From Promethearchaeota archaeon (GTDB lineage: Archaea > Asgardarchaeota > Lokiarchaeia > Sigyniarchaeales > SOKP01): a stretch of DNA of 23,231 nucleotides. The position numbers and the translations under genes were made by a program. Every line of letters begins with the position of its first letter. Position 1 is the stretch's first letter. The notes beneath the pieces are model-generated. The model did not search any database, was not told the DNA's origin, and worked only from the letters and a program-made list of their open reading frames with translations. Positions 8,343 to 17,340 of this stretch are shown piece after piece. The DNA lies in the NCBI GenBank assembly GCA_016926735.1, contig JAFGOA010000201.1, positions 1 through 23,231 on the forward strand. Direction: 5' to 3'.

Positions 8343-9446
8343 TTATCTGAAAACATTAATATTTAATTCAAAAAATTGATTTTTATTTATAATTTTAATC
8401 TTATCGAGAGAAATTAATTCTTGAATTCTAATAATATTTTCATAATCAATTGAATCAAAAAATATTAGAAAGATATTATATTTCTCATAATAATTTTTAA
8501 TAATTTTTTTTAATAAAGGTAAATTCATTCTTTGAATCAAAACACATATAATATTTTCATTTATAAGGACTATTTCATCATTAATTTTAAGAGATTTAAT
8601 TGAATTTTTATCCAGTTCCTCTTTAATGTTGGTTATAATATCTGAAAGATTGTGAGATTTATATTTATTACCTAAATAGAAAGTCTCTGTGTAATCTAAT
8701 AAATAAAAATATTCAATATCAATTGATAATCTCCACATGATTAATCCTATTTTATTAATCGTTAGTTTTTTTTTCTCTAAGATTTTACTATTAAAAAAAT
8801 TATTTATTTCAAGATCTAATAATAGATTGTTTTTACTTTTCTGTTGAAATTCTATACAATAAGGATATAGAATTATTTGATTATTCCTATTTATTTTAAA
8901 ATTGATTATGAGGATTATATCATTGAGAAGGTTTTTTGATAAATTAACAAATGTATCAAAAAAAGATTCTTTTTTTGAAATGAGTTCAAAATTTATTTTA
9001 AAATAATTTATAAGTGTATAATTATCATTGTTTGTTCCTTGATTATTCTTTTTTTTATTATTATGGAATTGAATAAGATCTAATGAACAATTTACTAATT
9101 TTAAGAACTTATTTTCTAATTCTTTTTCTTCTAAAAATATTATTGAATTATTGATTCTAGTTAGTTCATTATATATAATACTATGACATTTTAATATTGT
9201 ATTTTTATTTAAATCCTTGAAGCACATTATTATCAAATTCTTATTCTCAGAATCTAGTTGAAGAGAATAATAATTAAAATATCGTTTTTTAAGAAAATAG
9301 TTCATATATGGGATAATTGATTCGATAGATTTACAGGATAATAGAGAAAATCCAATAAAAGTTTTCTTTTTATTAGTGCTTTTATAAAAAATAAGATTAT
9401 GATTTATTATAAATGATAATAATCTGAATTTTCCTTTATTTACCAT
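8343..9446 (-). CDS. Hypothetical protein
   Basis: 367 aa open frame directly downstream of the signal peptidase on the same strand; no motif recognised. Confidence 0.6.
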   Translation of the reverse strand: MVNKGKFRLLSFIINHNLIFYKSTNKKKTFIGFSLLSCKSIESIIPYMNYFLKKRYFNYYSLQLDSENKNLIIMCFKDLNKNTILKCHSIIYNELTRINNSIIFLEEKELENKFLKLVNCSLDLIQFHNNKKKNNQGTNNDNYTLINYFKINFELISKKESFFDTFVNLSKNLLNDIILIINFKINRNNQIILYPYCIEFQQKSKNNLLLDLEINNFFNSKILEKKKLTINKIGLIMWRLSIDIEYFYLLDYTETFYLGNKYKSHNLSDIITNIKEELDKNSIKSLKINDEIVLINENIICVLIQRMNLPLLKKIIKNYYEKYNIFLIFFDSIDYENIIRIQELISLDKIKIINKNQFFELNINVFR

Positions 9447-9469
9447 GAAATTATCAAATTTTTTTTTTT

Positions 9470-10090
9470 TTATGATCTTGATATTTTTTCAATTTTAATT
9501 TTATATTTTAAAATATGTAGAATACAAACTATTATTCCAATTACTATAATCGTAATTAAAATATGAATGAAATAAATTTTAAAATATCCAATAAAAGATA
9601 TTTTTATACTTACTATTCCTATTATTTCTGATTCAGGAATATATATACCATCGGTATAATTAATTTGAATAGTTATAGAATTATTATTTTCATTGATAAT
9701 CTCATAAGCTCCATCTGGTGCTCTATTATTATCACCTTTAGTTAGAAATAACCAAGTATCATTTATCAATATTTTATTAATTGCTCTATGAATTATAATC
9801 GTATTATTATTAAGATTATTCCAAAAAATTGGATTGAGTCCTTTACGATAATAATATTCAGGACCCTTAATTATTAAGATATCTCCATTTATATCATCTG
9901 CAATAATTTTTTCTGAAGATTTCTCGCCCTTTATTACTAAATCTCCTATTTTTAAAGAAGGTTCCATAGATTTATCCATTATAACAAACAAAGAATTTTT
10001 AAAACATAAAAAGGGTAATAAAACTATAAAACAAATGATAATAACACTTAAAATACCTTTTTTTTTTATTATTGTCTTTTTTAATGACAT
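9470..10090 (-). CDS. sec11: Signal peptidase I, Sec11/S26B type
   Basis: N-terminal TM; catalytic Ser in KSMEPSLKIGDL; His in IIHRAI; TKGDNN..PD; C-terminal TM. Confidence 0.9.
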   Translation of the reverse strand: MSLKKTIIKKKGILSVIIICFIVLLPFLCFKNSLFVIMDKSMEPSLKIGDLVIKGEKSSEKIIADDINGDILIIKGPEYYYRKGLNPIFWNNLNNNTIIIHRAINKILINDTWLFLTKGDNNRAPDGAYEIINENNNSITIQINYTDGIYIPESEIIGIVSIKISFIGYFKIYFIHILITIIVIGIIVCILHILKYKIKIEKISRS

Positions 10091-10167
10091 AAAATACTAT
10101 CTATTTTTCTTTTTAAAAATTCCGAAGTTTTTTATCAAATTGATTTAATTTTTTTAAATTATAAGTA

Positions 10168-10359
10168 GTGACCTACATATGACATAAAGGTTGTGTTTTC
10201 CTACGAGTAGCGAGCCCTTAATCTTTTGTTCACGTTTTAATAACAAAAAAGATAATGGTTTTGCTTAAAAAGAAGAAGATAAGGATAATTTGTTGATTTT
10301 TTTCTCTCTACTCAATTCATCCTTTCTTTTAAAGAAGAGATCTCCTTAAGTGTTCAAAG
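10168..10359 (-). mobile_element. Ends-only IS200/IS605 derivative (PATE/MITE-like), 192 bp (copy A2)
   Basis: On the minus strand: TTTAT (10364-10360), then left end CTTTGAACACTTAAGGAGATCTCTTCTTTAAAAGAAAGGATGAATTGAGT. Right end TACTCGTAGGAAAACACAACCTTTATGTCATATGTAGGTCAC aligns with the copy A1 right end TACTCGTAGGAAACCATAACTTTTAGGTTATGTTAGTTCAC. No tnpB motif recognised inside. Confidence 0.8.
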
Positions 10360-10464
10360 ATAAAATATAGTTCTCTATTTTTCTATTTATAAAAAAAAAA
10401 TAAAAGGAGTTAATCATTTAAATATAAATATAAAGAAGAAATATTTTTATAGAGTGAATTTTAT

Positions 10465-10656
10465 TTGAGTAAATTTGAACGACATAAAAAATCAGAGGAA
10501 TATGTTTATCCTCACAAACATTGTAAAAAATGTGAGGATATGATTATAGAATCATATACCTATTGTCCAAAATGTTATAAGGAACTCCTTGAACGTAAAA
10601 ATAAAAAAGGCTTTTTCAAAAGAATTTTTTCACGAAAAAAAAAAAATAAAATCTAA
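10465..10656 (+). CDS. Small Zn-ribbon protein (DUF2116-like)
   Basis: PHKHCKKC...YCPKC followed by basic tail; TTG start with GTGA upstream. Confidence 0.7.
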   Translation: MSKFERHKKSEEYVYPHKHCKKCEDMIIESYTYCPKCYKELLERKNKKGFFKRIFSRKKKNKI

Positions 10657-12359
10657 ATATTAAGTCTTTTTAATAACCATTCTTTATCTAACATAGATAG
10701 AAATGATCCTAATCTTGGACCATTTTTTTTCCCAAAAATAATCAGATAAATTGCTTCAAATAACTTTTTTGGGGATATTTTTAATTCTTCTGAAGCAATT
10801 GTAAAAATTTTATTTTGAATTCCATCTGCATTAAGGTTTTCATTTTTTATCAAGAATTGTCTAAACATCCTAATACCTAACTTTTGATTGTCTTGGATTC
10901 GATCTAGTATTTCATTATCAATTTTAATTGGTATAGAAAAAAGATCTAATTTTCTCATTATCTCTTTTTTAGTCTTAATATCACTTGTTTCTTCAATAAT
11001 TTTTTTTACTTCTTCAATCCAATGGTAAGATCTTTCAAGTAATATTTTAAATTCATCGGCAGAAATTATTTTATCAAAATTATGATCTTTCATATATTTG
11101 ATAGATTGTTTGTAAAGAATATCTTCTGGAATTATATTTTGAATCTGAGTTAAGAAAGATAATAATTTTAAAGAAAGTCTTTGAGGTTTAATTTTAGGAA
11201 TTTCTTTGACATGGGTTAATGGATAAGTATATTTTAAAAACTTATTCTTAGCTTCATCATCTAACTTAATTAATCCAAAATAAACATTTTCCATCTTCTC
11301 ATAATAATCATAATATTGCGATAATTCTTCTATTCTAAAAGCTATATGTTTATTTGGATTAGTTTTTAAAATTATTGCTCTATAGATTTCAGGTTCTGCC
11401 ATATTAAGATATTTTTCAGGTGTAAATACAATTCCTTTTGAAGTTTTCATATCATAATTACCTAGTCTTAGCCATTCATATGATACTTTTACAGGCCCTT
11501 CATATTCATATAATTTTTGACATAATTCTAATCCCGTATCATAAGCACCCCCCCTAACACTATGATCTTTGCCAGCAGGTTCACAAGTTGTTTTCAACAT
11601 AGCCCATTTAGCTGGCCAATCAATTCTCCAATTTAATTTTAATCTTCCACCCCAGATAGATACATCTCCGGAGTATTCACAATATTCACAATTATATGAT
11701 ACAGTTTCCTCCTTTTTATTATATTTCTGAACTCGATTTGGGACGATGTTCCCTGCTTTATCTTTACTTTGGATTCTATTACATTTCTCACAAATAACCA
11801 TCGCAGGCATCCAACTTTTTTGCATTTTATTGAACTTATCTTTATTTATATCATCTAAAGTAGGTAATATATATTTTTTGAGAATATTTTTTATAAGCTC
11901 ATTATTTTCCAAAGCAATTTTAATATATTCTTGCATTTTTCTTTGCTTATATAATTCATGAGTCCATAAAATCTTCAATTTAATACCAAATTTTGGAAAA
12001 GTTTTACTTAATTCATTTCCAAAATGATGAGCATAGCTTTCACATTTACAACTTTTAAAAGGACATGGAATTAAAGCAAATGGTTTACCAATATGTTTTT
12101 TTTGGAAATCTTTTGGAATATATATTGGAAATCTTTTTGCAGCATCTAAACTATCAAAAAATAAGATATTTTTTACATTATAACCACGATTTTCGAGAAT
12201 TCTTCTTAATGCATCGCAAATAAGTATTTCTCTTAAAATTCCTAAATGAATATGACCAGAAGGAGTTTTTCCAGTAGAAAGAGTAATATCTTTAACAGAA
12301 CGATTAATTATTTCTTCAGCAATTTCTTCTAACCAATGAATTTGAAACTCTTTATTCAT
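10653..12359 (-). CDS. lysS: Lysyl-tRNA synthetase, class I
   Basis: HW near N-terminus, TPSGHIHLG (HIGH-like), KLNWRIDWPAKW, EPAGKDH, MKTSKG (KMSKS-like), GPRLGSFL. Confidence 0.97.
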   Translation of the reverse strand: MNKEFQIHWLEEIAEEIINRSVKDITLSTGKTPSGHIHLGILREILICDALRRILENRGYNVKNILFFDSLDAAKRFPIYIPKDFQKKHIGKPFALIPCPFKSCKCESYAHHFGNELSKTFPKFGIKLKILWTHELYKQRKMQEYIKIALENNELIKNILKKYILPTLDDINKDKFNKMQKSWMPAMVICEKCNRIQSKDKAGNIVPNRVQKYNKKEETVSYNCEYCEYSGDVSIWGGRLKLNWRIDWPAKWAMLKTTCEPAGKDHSVRGGAYDTGLELCQKLYEYEGPVKVSYEWLRLGNYDMKTSKGIVFTPEKYLNMAEPEIYRAIILKTNPNKHIAFRIEELSQYYDYYEKMENVYFGLIKLDDEAKNKFLKYTYPLTHVKEIPKIKPQRLSLKLLSFLTQIQNIIPEDILYKQSIKYMKDHNFDKIISADEFKILLERSYHWIEEVKKIIEETSDIKTKKEIMRKLDLFSIPIKIDNEILDRIQDNQKLGIRMFRQFLIKNENLNADGIQNKIFTIASEELKISPKKLFEAIYLIIFGKKNGPRLGSFLSMLDKEWLLKRLNI

Positions 12360-12448
12360 AAAACTTTCACTATTATAAAGATTGTATTTATTGAGTTAAT
12401 GAATACATTTATTTATCATTTTTGATTTAAGACTATAGTGAATTTAAA

Positions 12449-14272
12449 ATGAGAATTGCTGTTCTAAATAAAGATAGATGTAAACCAGATAAATGTAGTC
12501 CTTTTGAAAAAAAACCTTGTATAATTTACTGTCCGAGAGTAAGAACTGGAGATAAAACAATTGTTCTCAATACTACGATTAATAAAGTTGAAATAATAGA
12601 AAGTTTATGCTCTGGATGTGGAATATGCATTAAAAAATGCCCTTTTGAGGCAATAAATATTATTAACTTACCCGATCCATTAGAGAATGATATTACATTC
12701 AGATATGGTCCAGATCAGTTTTGTTTATTTAGAATGGCTATTCCAAAAAAAAATAAAGTATTAGGAATTATTGGTCAAAACGGTATTGGAAAAAGTACTC
12801 TATTAAAAATCTTATCTGGAAGCCTAAAAATAAATTTCGGTAATTTTGAGTCTAAACCTTTTGAATGGAATGACATTATAACTTATTTTCGAGGTTCAGA
12901 ACTTCAGCAATATTTCTTGGATTTAAGTGAAGAAAAATTAAAAATTATACATAAACCTCAAGATATTACAACAATCCCAAAATATGTAGATGGTAAGGTT
13001 TTTAATCTTTTAAAGAAAAATGATAACCTCGATAAATTAGATAGCATATCAGAGAATTTAAATTTGAATAAAATATTAGATAGAGACATTAAAGTCCTAT
13101 CTGGGGGAGAATTACAAAGAGTTGCTATCGCAGCAGCGTATTTAAAAGATGGAGATATCTATTTATTTGATGAACCCAGTTCATATTTAGATGTTAGTGA
13201 AAGAATTAATATGGCTAAATTAATTAGATCGTTAACCAGCGAAAATAAAACTATAATTGTTGTGGAACATGATTTAGCAATTTTAGATTATTTAAGTGAT
13301 TATGTATCACTTTTATATGGTATACCTGGAGTTTATGGGATTATATCTCATCCACAAGGAGTTAGAGTTGGTATAAATATTTATCTGAATGGATATATTA
13401 AAGATGAAAATCTTAGATTTAGAGAGAAACCGATTATATTTCACGAACGTCCACCTCAAGAATCACTTTATGACTCCGGTAATATTATATTTTCATACAA
13501 TAATATGGAAACACATTTAGGTGAATTTCAATTAAAGATTTCTGGAAGTGAAATTCATGCAGGTGAGATAATTGGAATATTAGGTCCTAATGGAATAGGA
13601 AAATCAACATTCATAAACTTAATTGCTGAAAATATAAATTCCAATAATCAAAATATCCAAAACTTTGAAATTGATGCAGAAGATAAAATGAAAGTTTCAA
13701 TTAAACCACAATACATAAAAATAGAAAATTATAATAAAGTATCAGAAATAATTAATAACATAAAATTAGCACCTCACATAAGTCAATCTTATAAAAAAAG
13801 GTTGATTGGACATCTTAAATTGGATAATATTAAAGAGCGCCTGATTGATGAACTTAGTGGAGGAGAATTGCAGAGAATTGCAATTGCTAATTGTTTATCA
13901 ACTAAAGCAGATATTTATCTTCTCGATGAACCTTCAGCATTTTTAGATGTTGAAATGCGTCTTCAAGTAGCACAATTAATTAGAAAATCAATTGAAGAAA
14001 TAAAAAAATCTGCTTTTGTAGTTGAACATGATATAATTACTCAAGATTTTATTGCGGATTCAATTTTAGTATTTCAGGGATTACCTGGTATTAATGGAAA
14101 AGCAAATCCACCTCAAAATCTCAGAGAAGGATTTAATCTTTTTCTAAAAATGATGAATATTACTTTCCGAAGAGATAATATTTCAAAACGACCAAGAGTT
14201 AATAAAACAGGAAGCAATAAAGATACCTATCAAAAGAGTATTAATGAGTACTATTATGTAGCTAAATCTTAG
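12449..14272 (+). CDS. rli: Ribosome recycling ATPase ABCE1/RLI
   Basis: N-terminal FeS domain (RIAVL..DRCKPDKC..C...CP; CSGCGICIKKCPF); two ABC domains (GQNGIGKST, GPNGIGKST, LSGGELQR twice); TFRRD...RPRVNK. Confidence 0.98.
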   Translation: MRIAVLNKDRCKPDKCSPFEKKPCIIYCPRVRTGDKTIVLNTTINKVEIIESLCSGCGICIKKCPFEAINIINLPDPLENDITFRYGPDQFCLFRMAIPKKNKVLGIIGQNGIGKSTLLKILSGSLKINFGNFESKPFEWNDIITYFRGSELQQYFLDLSEEKLKIIHKPQDITTIPKYVDGKVFNLLKKNDNLDKLDSISENLNLNKILDRDIKVLSGGELQRVAIAAAYLKDGDIYLFDEPSSYLDVSERINMAKLIRSLTSENKTIIVVEHDLAILDYLSDYVSLLYGIPGVYGIISHPQGVRVGINIYLNGYIKDENLRFREKPIIFHERPPQESLYDSGNIIFSYNNMETHLGEFQLKISGSEIHAGEIIGILGPNGIGKSTFINLIAENINSNNQNIQNFEIDAEDKMKVSIKPQYIKIENYNKVSEIINNIKLAPHISQSYKKRLIGHLKLDNIKERLIDELSGGELQRIAIANCLSTKADIYLLDEPSAFLDVEMRLQVAQLIRKSIEEIKKSAFVVEHDIITQDFIADSILVFQGLPGINGKANPPQNLREGFNLFLKMMNITFRRDNISKRPRVNKTGSNKDTYQKSINEYYYVAKS

Positions 14273-14329
14273 TTTCAAATTAATTAAAAATTATATAAAA
14301 AAAGGAAAAAAATTGTAGAAAAGAAGGTA

Positions 14330-15316
14330 TTAAATCTTAATATAATCTGCTTGATCAGCAGATTTGAGAACTTCTCTATTTTTTCTTTTTATCATTTCAA
14401 TTAATTCTTTTCGGGCTAATCCCAAATATTTTCTTGGATCAAATTCTTTAGGATGTTCTGATAAATATTTTCTCACCATTGCTGTAAAAACTAATCTTCC
14501 ATCTGTATCTATATTAATTTTACTTACTCCAAATTCAGTTGCTTTTCTTAATTGTGTTTCTGGAATTCCAAACGCTTTTTCTAAGGCACCTCCATATTGA
14601 TTTACTATATCTACATATTCTTTTAATACAGAAGATGATCCATGTAAAACAATTGGATACTTTCCTAATCGTTTTTTAACATCATTTAATATATCAAATC
14701 TTAACTCTGGAATATCCTCTTCTTTCTCTACTTTAAATTTATATGCGCCATGAGATGTTCCAATTGCAATTGCTAATGAATCACAATTTGTTCTAGTTAC
14801 AAAATCTTCAACTTGTTCTGGATCTGTATAATGATGTTCTTCTGAAATAACATGTTCTTCAATTCCAGCCAAAACACCTAATTCTGCTTCAACAGAAACA
14901 TCTCTTTCATGAGCATATTCAACGACCTTTTTTGTTACTTTAATATTTTCTTCATAATCTAAATGACTACCATCAAACATTACACTTGAAAATCCAAAAT
15001 CTATACATGATTTACAAAGCTCGAATGAATCTCCATGGTCTAAATGTAAAACGATTGGAATCGAATATCCTAATTCTTTTGCCATCTCTACTCCACCTTG
15101 ACCTAAATATTTTAACATTGTTTGATTAGCATATTCTCTTGCTCCTTTGCTTATTTGTATGATAACTGGAGATTTTGTCTCTCCACAACCGGATATTATT
15201 GCTTGTAATTGTTCTAAATTATTAATATTATACCCAGGTACAGCGAACTTACGCTCTAAAGCAACTTTAAACATTTCTTTTGTATTAACAAAACCTAATT
15301 CTTTATATGATACCAT
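14330..15316 (-). CDS. fba: Fructose-1,6-bisphosphate aldolase, class II
   Basis: LHLDHG, SSVMFDGSH, VEAELGVLAGIE, GTSHGAYK, VLHGSS, KINIDTD, FDPRKYL. Confidence 0.97.
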   Translation of the reverse strand: MVSYKELGFVNTKEMFKVALERKFAVPGYNINNLEQLQAIISGCGETKSPVIIQISKGAREYANQTMLKYLGQGGVEMAKELGYSIPIVLHLDHGDSFELCKSCIDFGFSSVMFDGSHLDYEENIKVTKKVVEYAHERDVSVEAELGVLAGIEEHVISEEHHYTDPEQVEDFVTRTNCDSLAIAIGTSHGAYKFKVEKEEDIPELRFDILNDVKKRLGKYPIVLHGSSSVLKEYVDIVNQYGGALEKAFGIPETQLRKATEFGVSKINIDTDGRLVFTAMVRKYLSEHPKEFDPRKYLGLARKELIEMIKRKNREVLKSADQADYIKI

Positions 15317-15379
15317 ATCAATTACTATATTTCATAATTTTATTAAATTTAATCTTTAGAATTGTGAAAACTATTTATC

Positions 15380-15520
15380 ATTTTCCTAGTTGAATTTAAT
15401 TGAACTACCATTCCTTAAAGGGAATGAATTCCTAATTCATCGACTGCTGCCTCAATTAAATGATGTCTTACACAATCTCCAAACGCGTGAATTCCCATAG
15501 TCCCTACGGTATTAAGAGTA
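15380..15520 (-). ncRNA. Putative TnpB omegaRNA/reRNA scaffold plus flank-derived guide
   Basis: GC-richer right-end region with GGGAATTCACGCGTTTGGAGA...CGATGAATTAGGAATTC and terminal hairpin, typical of IS605 right ends. Predicted guide TTAAATTCAACTAGGAAAAT. Boundaries approximate; expression not shown. Confidence 0.6.
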
Positions 15521-15918
15521 TCTAACGTGATAATTGTGATTCCTTTTTCTTTTCACATCCGGATTCCTTCTTAATGAATATTGATAGAAGCATTGACATC
15601 TCTTTTGTGTTTCTTTTATAAACGAATAATCCCGCAATGCTAGGCAATCTTTTTTGTATTTTTTATAGATGTTAATTCTTTCTTTCAACTTTTTATTATA
15701 CACGAATCTGCAATGTCCGAAATTCATCAAAAAAATGCTTTTTGCTCGGTATTCGGATGGATTCGTATTTTCATCGCATGGTTACTCGACATAGATAGAC
15801 TTCTATAGAAGAGAACATTATTATGATATGGGATAGAATAGAATCTGTATATTTCATTTAAACCCTAGTATTCAATTCATCTCCTCCCTAAAGAAGGAAG
15901 TTTTCTTGAATTGTTATG
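15400..15918 (-). mobile_element. Internally deleted IS200/IS605-family (IS1341-like, tnpB-only) element, 519 bp (copy B1)
   Basis: Minus strand: TTTAT (15923-15919); left-end hairpin CAATTCA-AGAAAA-CTTCCTTC-TTTA-GGGAGGAG-A-TGAATTG; tnpB N-terminal HTH joined to RuvC-III remnant; right-end hairpin CATTCC-CTTTAA-GGAATG ending GTAGTTCAA. Confidence 0.92.
15466..15792 (-). pseudogene. tnpB: tnpB pseudogene (frameshifted, central part deleted)
   Basis: ATG 15792 MSSNHAMKIRIHPNTEQKAFF, frameshift in the T7 run (15735-15729), then LMNFGHCRFVYN (IS605 OrfB HTH). In another frame HKRDVNASINIH* (RuvC-III), and further on the tail TVGTMGIHAFGDCVR. Confidence 0.9.
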
Positions 15919-15984
15919 ATAAAATTAAATAAAAAAAATATTGATTAGTTTAATCTAAACTTAAATAAATTAAACTAAGTAATG

Positions 15985-16163
15985 ATACTCCTTAATTTCC
16001 ACTGCAATATAACTAAATAAAAAAGAATTTTAGATCTAATTTCTAATTAATAATTAATATTATATACTATTTTGCTTTATTTTACTGGGATCCATTTATA
16101 TTATTATTATTATTAATATTTTTTATAATAATTTGTTATTCTGGAGTGGAAATTAAGGAGTAT
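15985..16163. mobile_element. MITE with terminal inverted repeats (possibly IS630/Tc1-mariner type, TA target)
   Basis: ATACTCCTTAATTTCCACT (15985-16003) and AGTGGAAATTAAGGAGTAT (16145-16163) are a perfect 19-bp inverted pair with imperfect inward extension; AT-rich non-coding interior. Confidence 0.7.
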
Positions 16164-16169
16164 ATAATA

Positions 16170-16988
16170 TTACAAATAAATTCTTAATAAATCATCAGAC
16201 TCAAATAATAAAAACTCAGAATAAGGAAATTCAAGACTCAAATAATTTTGTAATTTGATTAGAGTTAATAAAATTATATTATGATAGGATAAATTGATCA
16301 TGTCTAATCCTATTTCTTTTCCATAGGTTATATATTTGTGATTTGTATTGCATGAAATATAACAATCACATTTCTTCTTTTCTGCTTTTTTTAAATAGAG
16401 AATATTGTTTAAATATCCTCCAACAATACATATTTTTTTAAGTTCTTTATTTAGATTACCTGAATAATATATTTCATTCATATTTAAATTAGTCTTTATT
16501 CTTTGTAGTAAAATTTCTAATGTAAATGACTGTTTTTTATCATTTGGATAATATATTGGAGAGCATAATCTTCCTATAGGAATAATTTCATTATTATAAT
16601 TCTTTATACTAAAAACATTTTCAATTCTTAAGCATAATATCTTTGATATAGTTTCTGATATTCCTTCTTCAGAACTAATGAAAGGAGAACCTAATATGAA
16701 TATATTTATTGGATATCTTGATAATAAATTCAATTTATTTATTAAAGTCTTATCAAAATTATTAATTGGTGAATTAATGATTCCATGATATGATAAAATA
16801 AGATCAATTTTATGTTTTATAGCATAATGTATTACATCTAAATTCAGATCTACCGTCAATAAAATTTTTTTTATAATTTTATTTTTTTTTTTTTCACCAT
16901 ATTGTATTCCATATAACTCTCTTTTTTTTTTAAAAATTTTTGGAGAAATATGATTTTCTATCTCTAGCAGGATTTCATTTAAAAGCAT
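16170..16988 (-). CDS. Nif3/YbgI-like (dinuclear metal centre hexamer) family protein, divergent
   Basis: YGIQYG, IKKILLTVDL...AI....DLILSYHG, IGRL, KKICIVGG, CDCYIS: Nif3 architecture; several canonical metal ligands appear substituted. Confidence 0.8.
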   Translation of the reverse strand: MLLNEILLEIENHISPKIFKKKRELYGIQYGEKKKNKIIKKILLTVDLNLDVIHYAIKHKIDLILSYHGIINSPINNFDKTLINKLNLLSRYPINIFILGSPFISSEEGISETISKILCLRIENVFSIKNYNNEIIPIGRLCSPIYYPNDKKQSFTLEILLQRIKTNLNMNEIYYSGNLNKELKKICIVGGYLNNILYLKKAEKKKCDCYISCNTNHKYITYGKEIGLDMINLSYHNIILLTLIKLQNYLSLEFPYSEFLLFESDDLLRIYL

Positions 16989-17139
16989 AATATTAGAACA
17001 ATTTAGGATTGTAAAGTTAAAAAGAATTTATGAAAAAAAAAAAAAAAGTCTCTGATGGTTTTTCAAAAAATTGAACTGTTTTATTATTTTAGAGATAAAA
17101 GTTGAGTTTATAAAGATTAAGAATAAAATATAGTGAAAT

Positions 17140-17340
17140 ATGAAATTTAGAGAAAAAATTACTAAGATCAAAAAAAAGATTAAAAAATTCTTTATTGATG
17201 AATTTGGAGGAAATCTTGTAGAATATGCACTTTTAATTGGATTTGCATTATTTATATTTTTTATTATCTTTAATATAATATCTTCAATTATAGATTGGAC
17301 ATTAGGGCTCACAGATGATTTTTTTGGTCTCACAGGGTGA
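17140..17340 (+). CDS. Flp/Fap-type pilin (Tad pilus major pilin-like)
   Basis: 66 aa; basic leader, KKFFIDEFG/GNLVEYALL with Glu+5 Tyr+6 Flp motif, then hydrophobic helix; GTGA SD-like motif upstream. Confidence 0.85.
   Translation: MKFREKITKIKKKIKKFFIDEFGGNLVEYALLIGFALFIFFIIFNIISSIIDWTLGLTDDFFGLTG

Noticed and set aside
10160-10360. GC-richer intergenic stretch as SRP RNA, RNase P RNA or tRNA
   Set aside because: No conserved motifs of these RNAs; explained by IS605 ends.
11746-11961. 71-aa plus-strand ORF
   Set aside because: Antisense to lysS.
14364-15359. Two short plus-strand ORFs (14364-14600, 15147-15359)
   Set aside because: Antisense shadows of fba.
16870-17050. Long A/T homopolymers as phase-variation tracts
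   Set aside because: Such runs are common throughout this very AT-rich window and the ORFs containing them remain in frame.
17062-17075. TTCAA-N4-TTGAA palindrome upstream of the Flp pilin
   Set aside because: Too short to be significant at this AT content.
17028-17333. 101-aa minus-strand ORF
   Set aside because: Antisense to the Flp pilin, which has a clear motif and SD.
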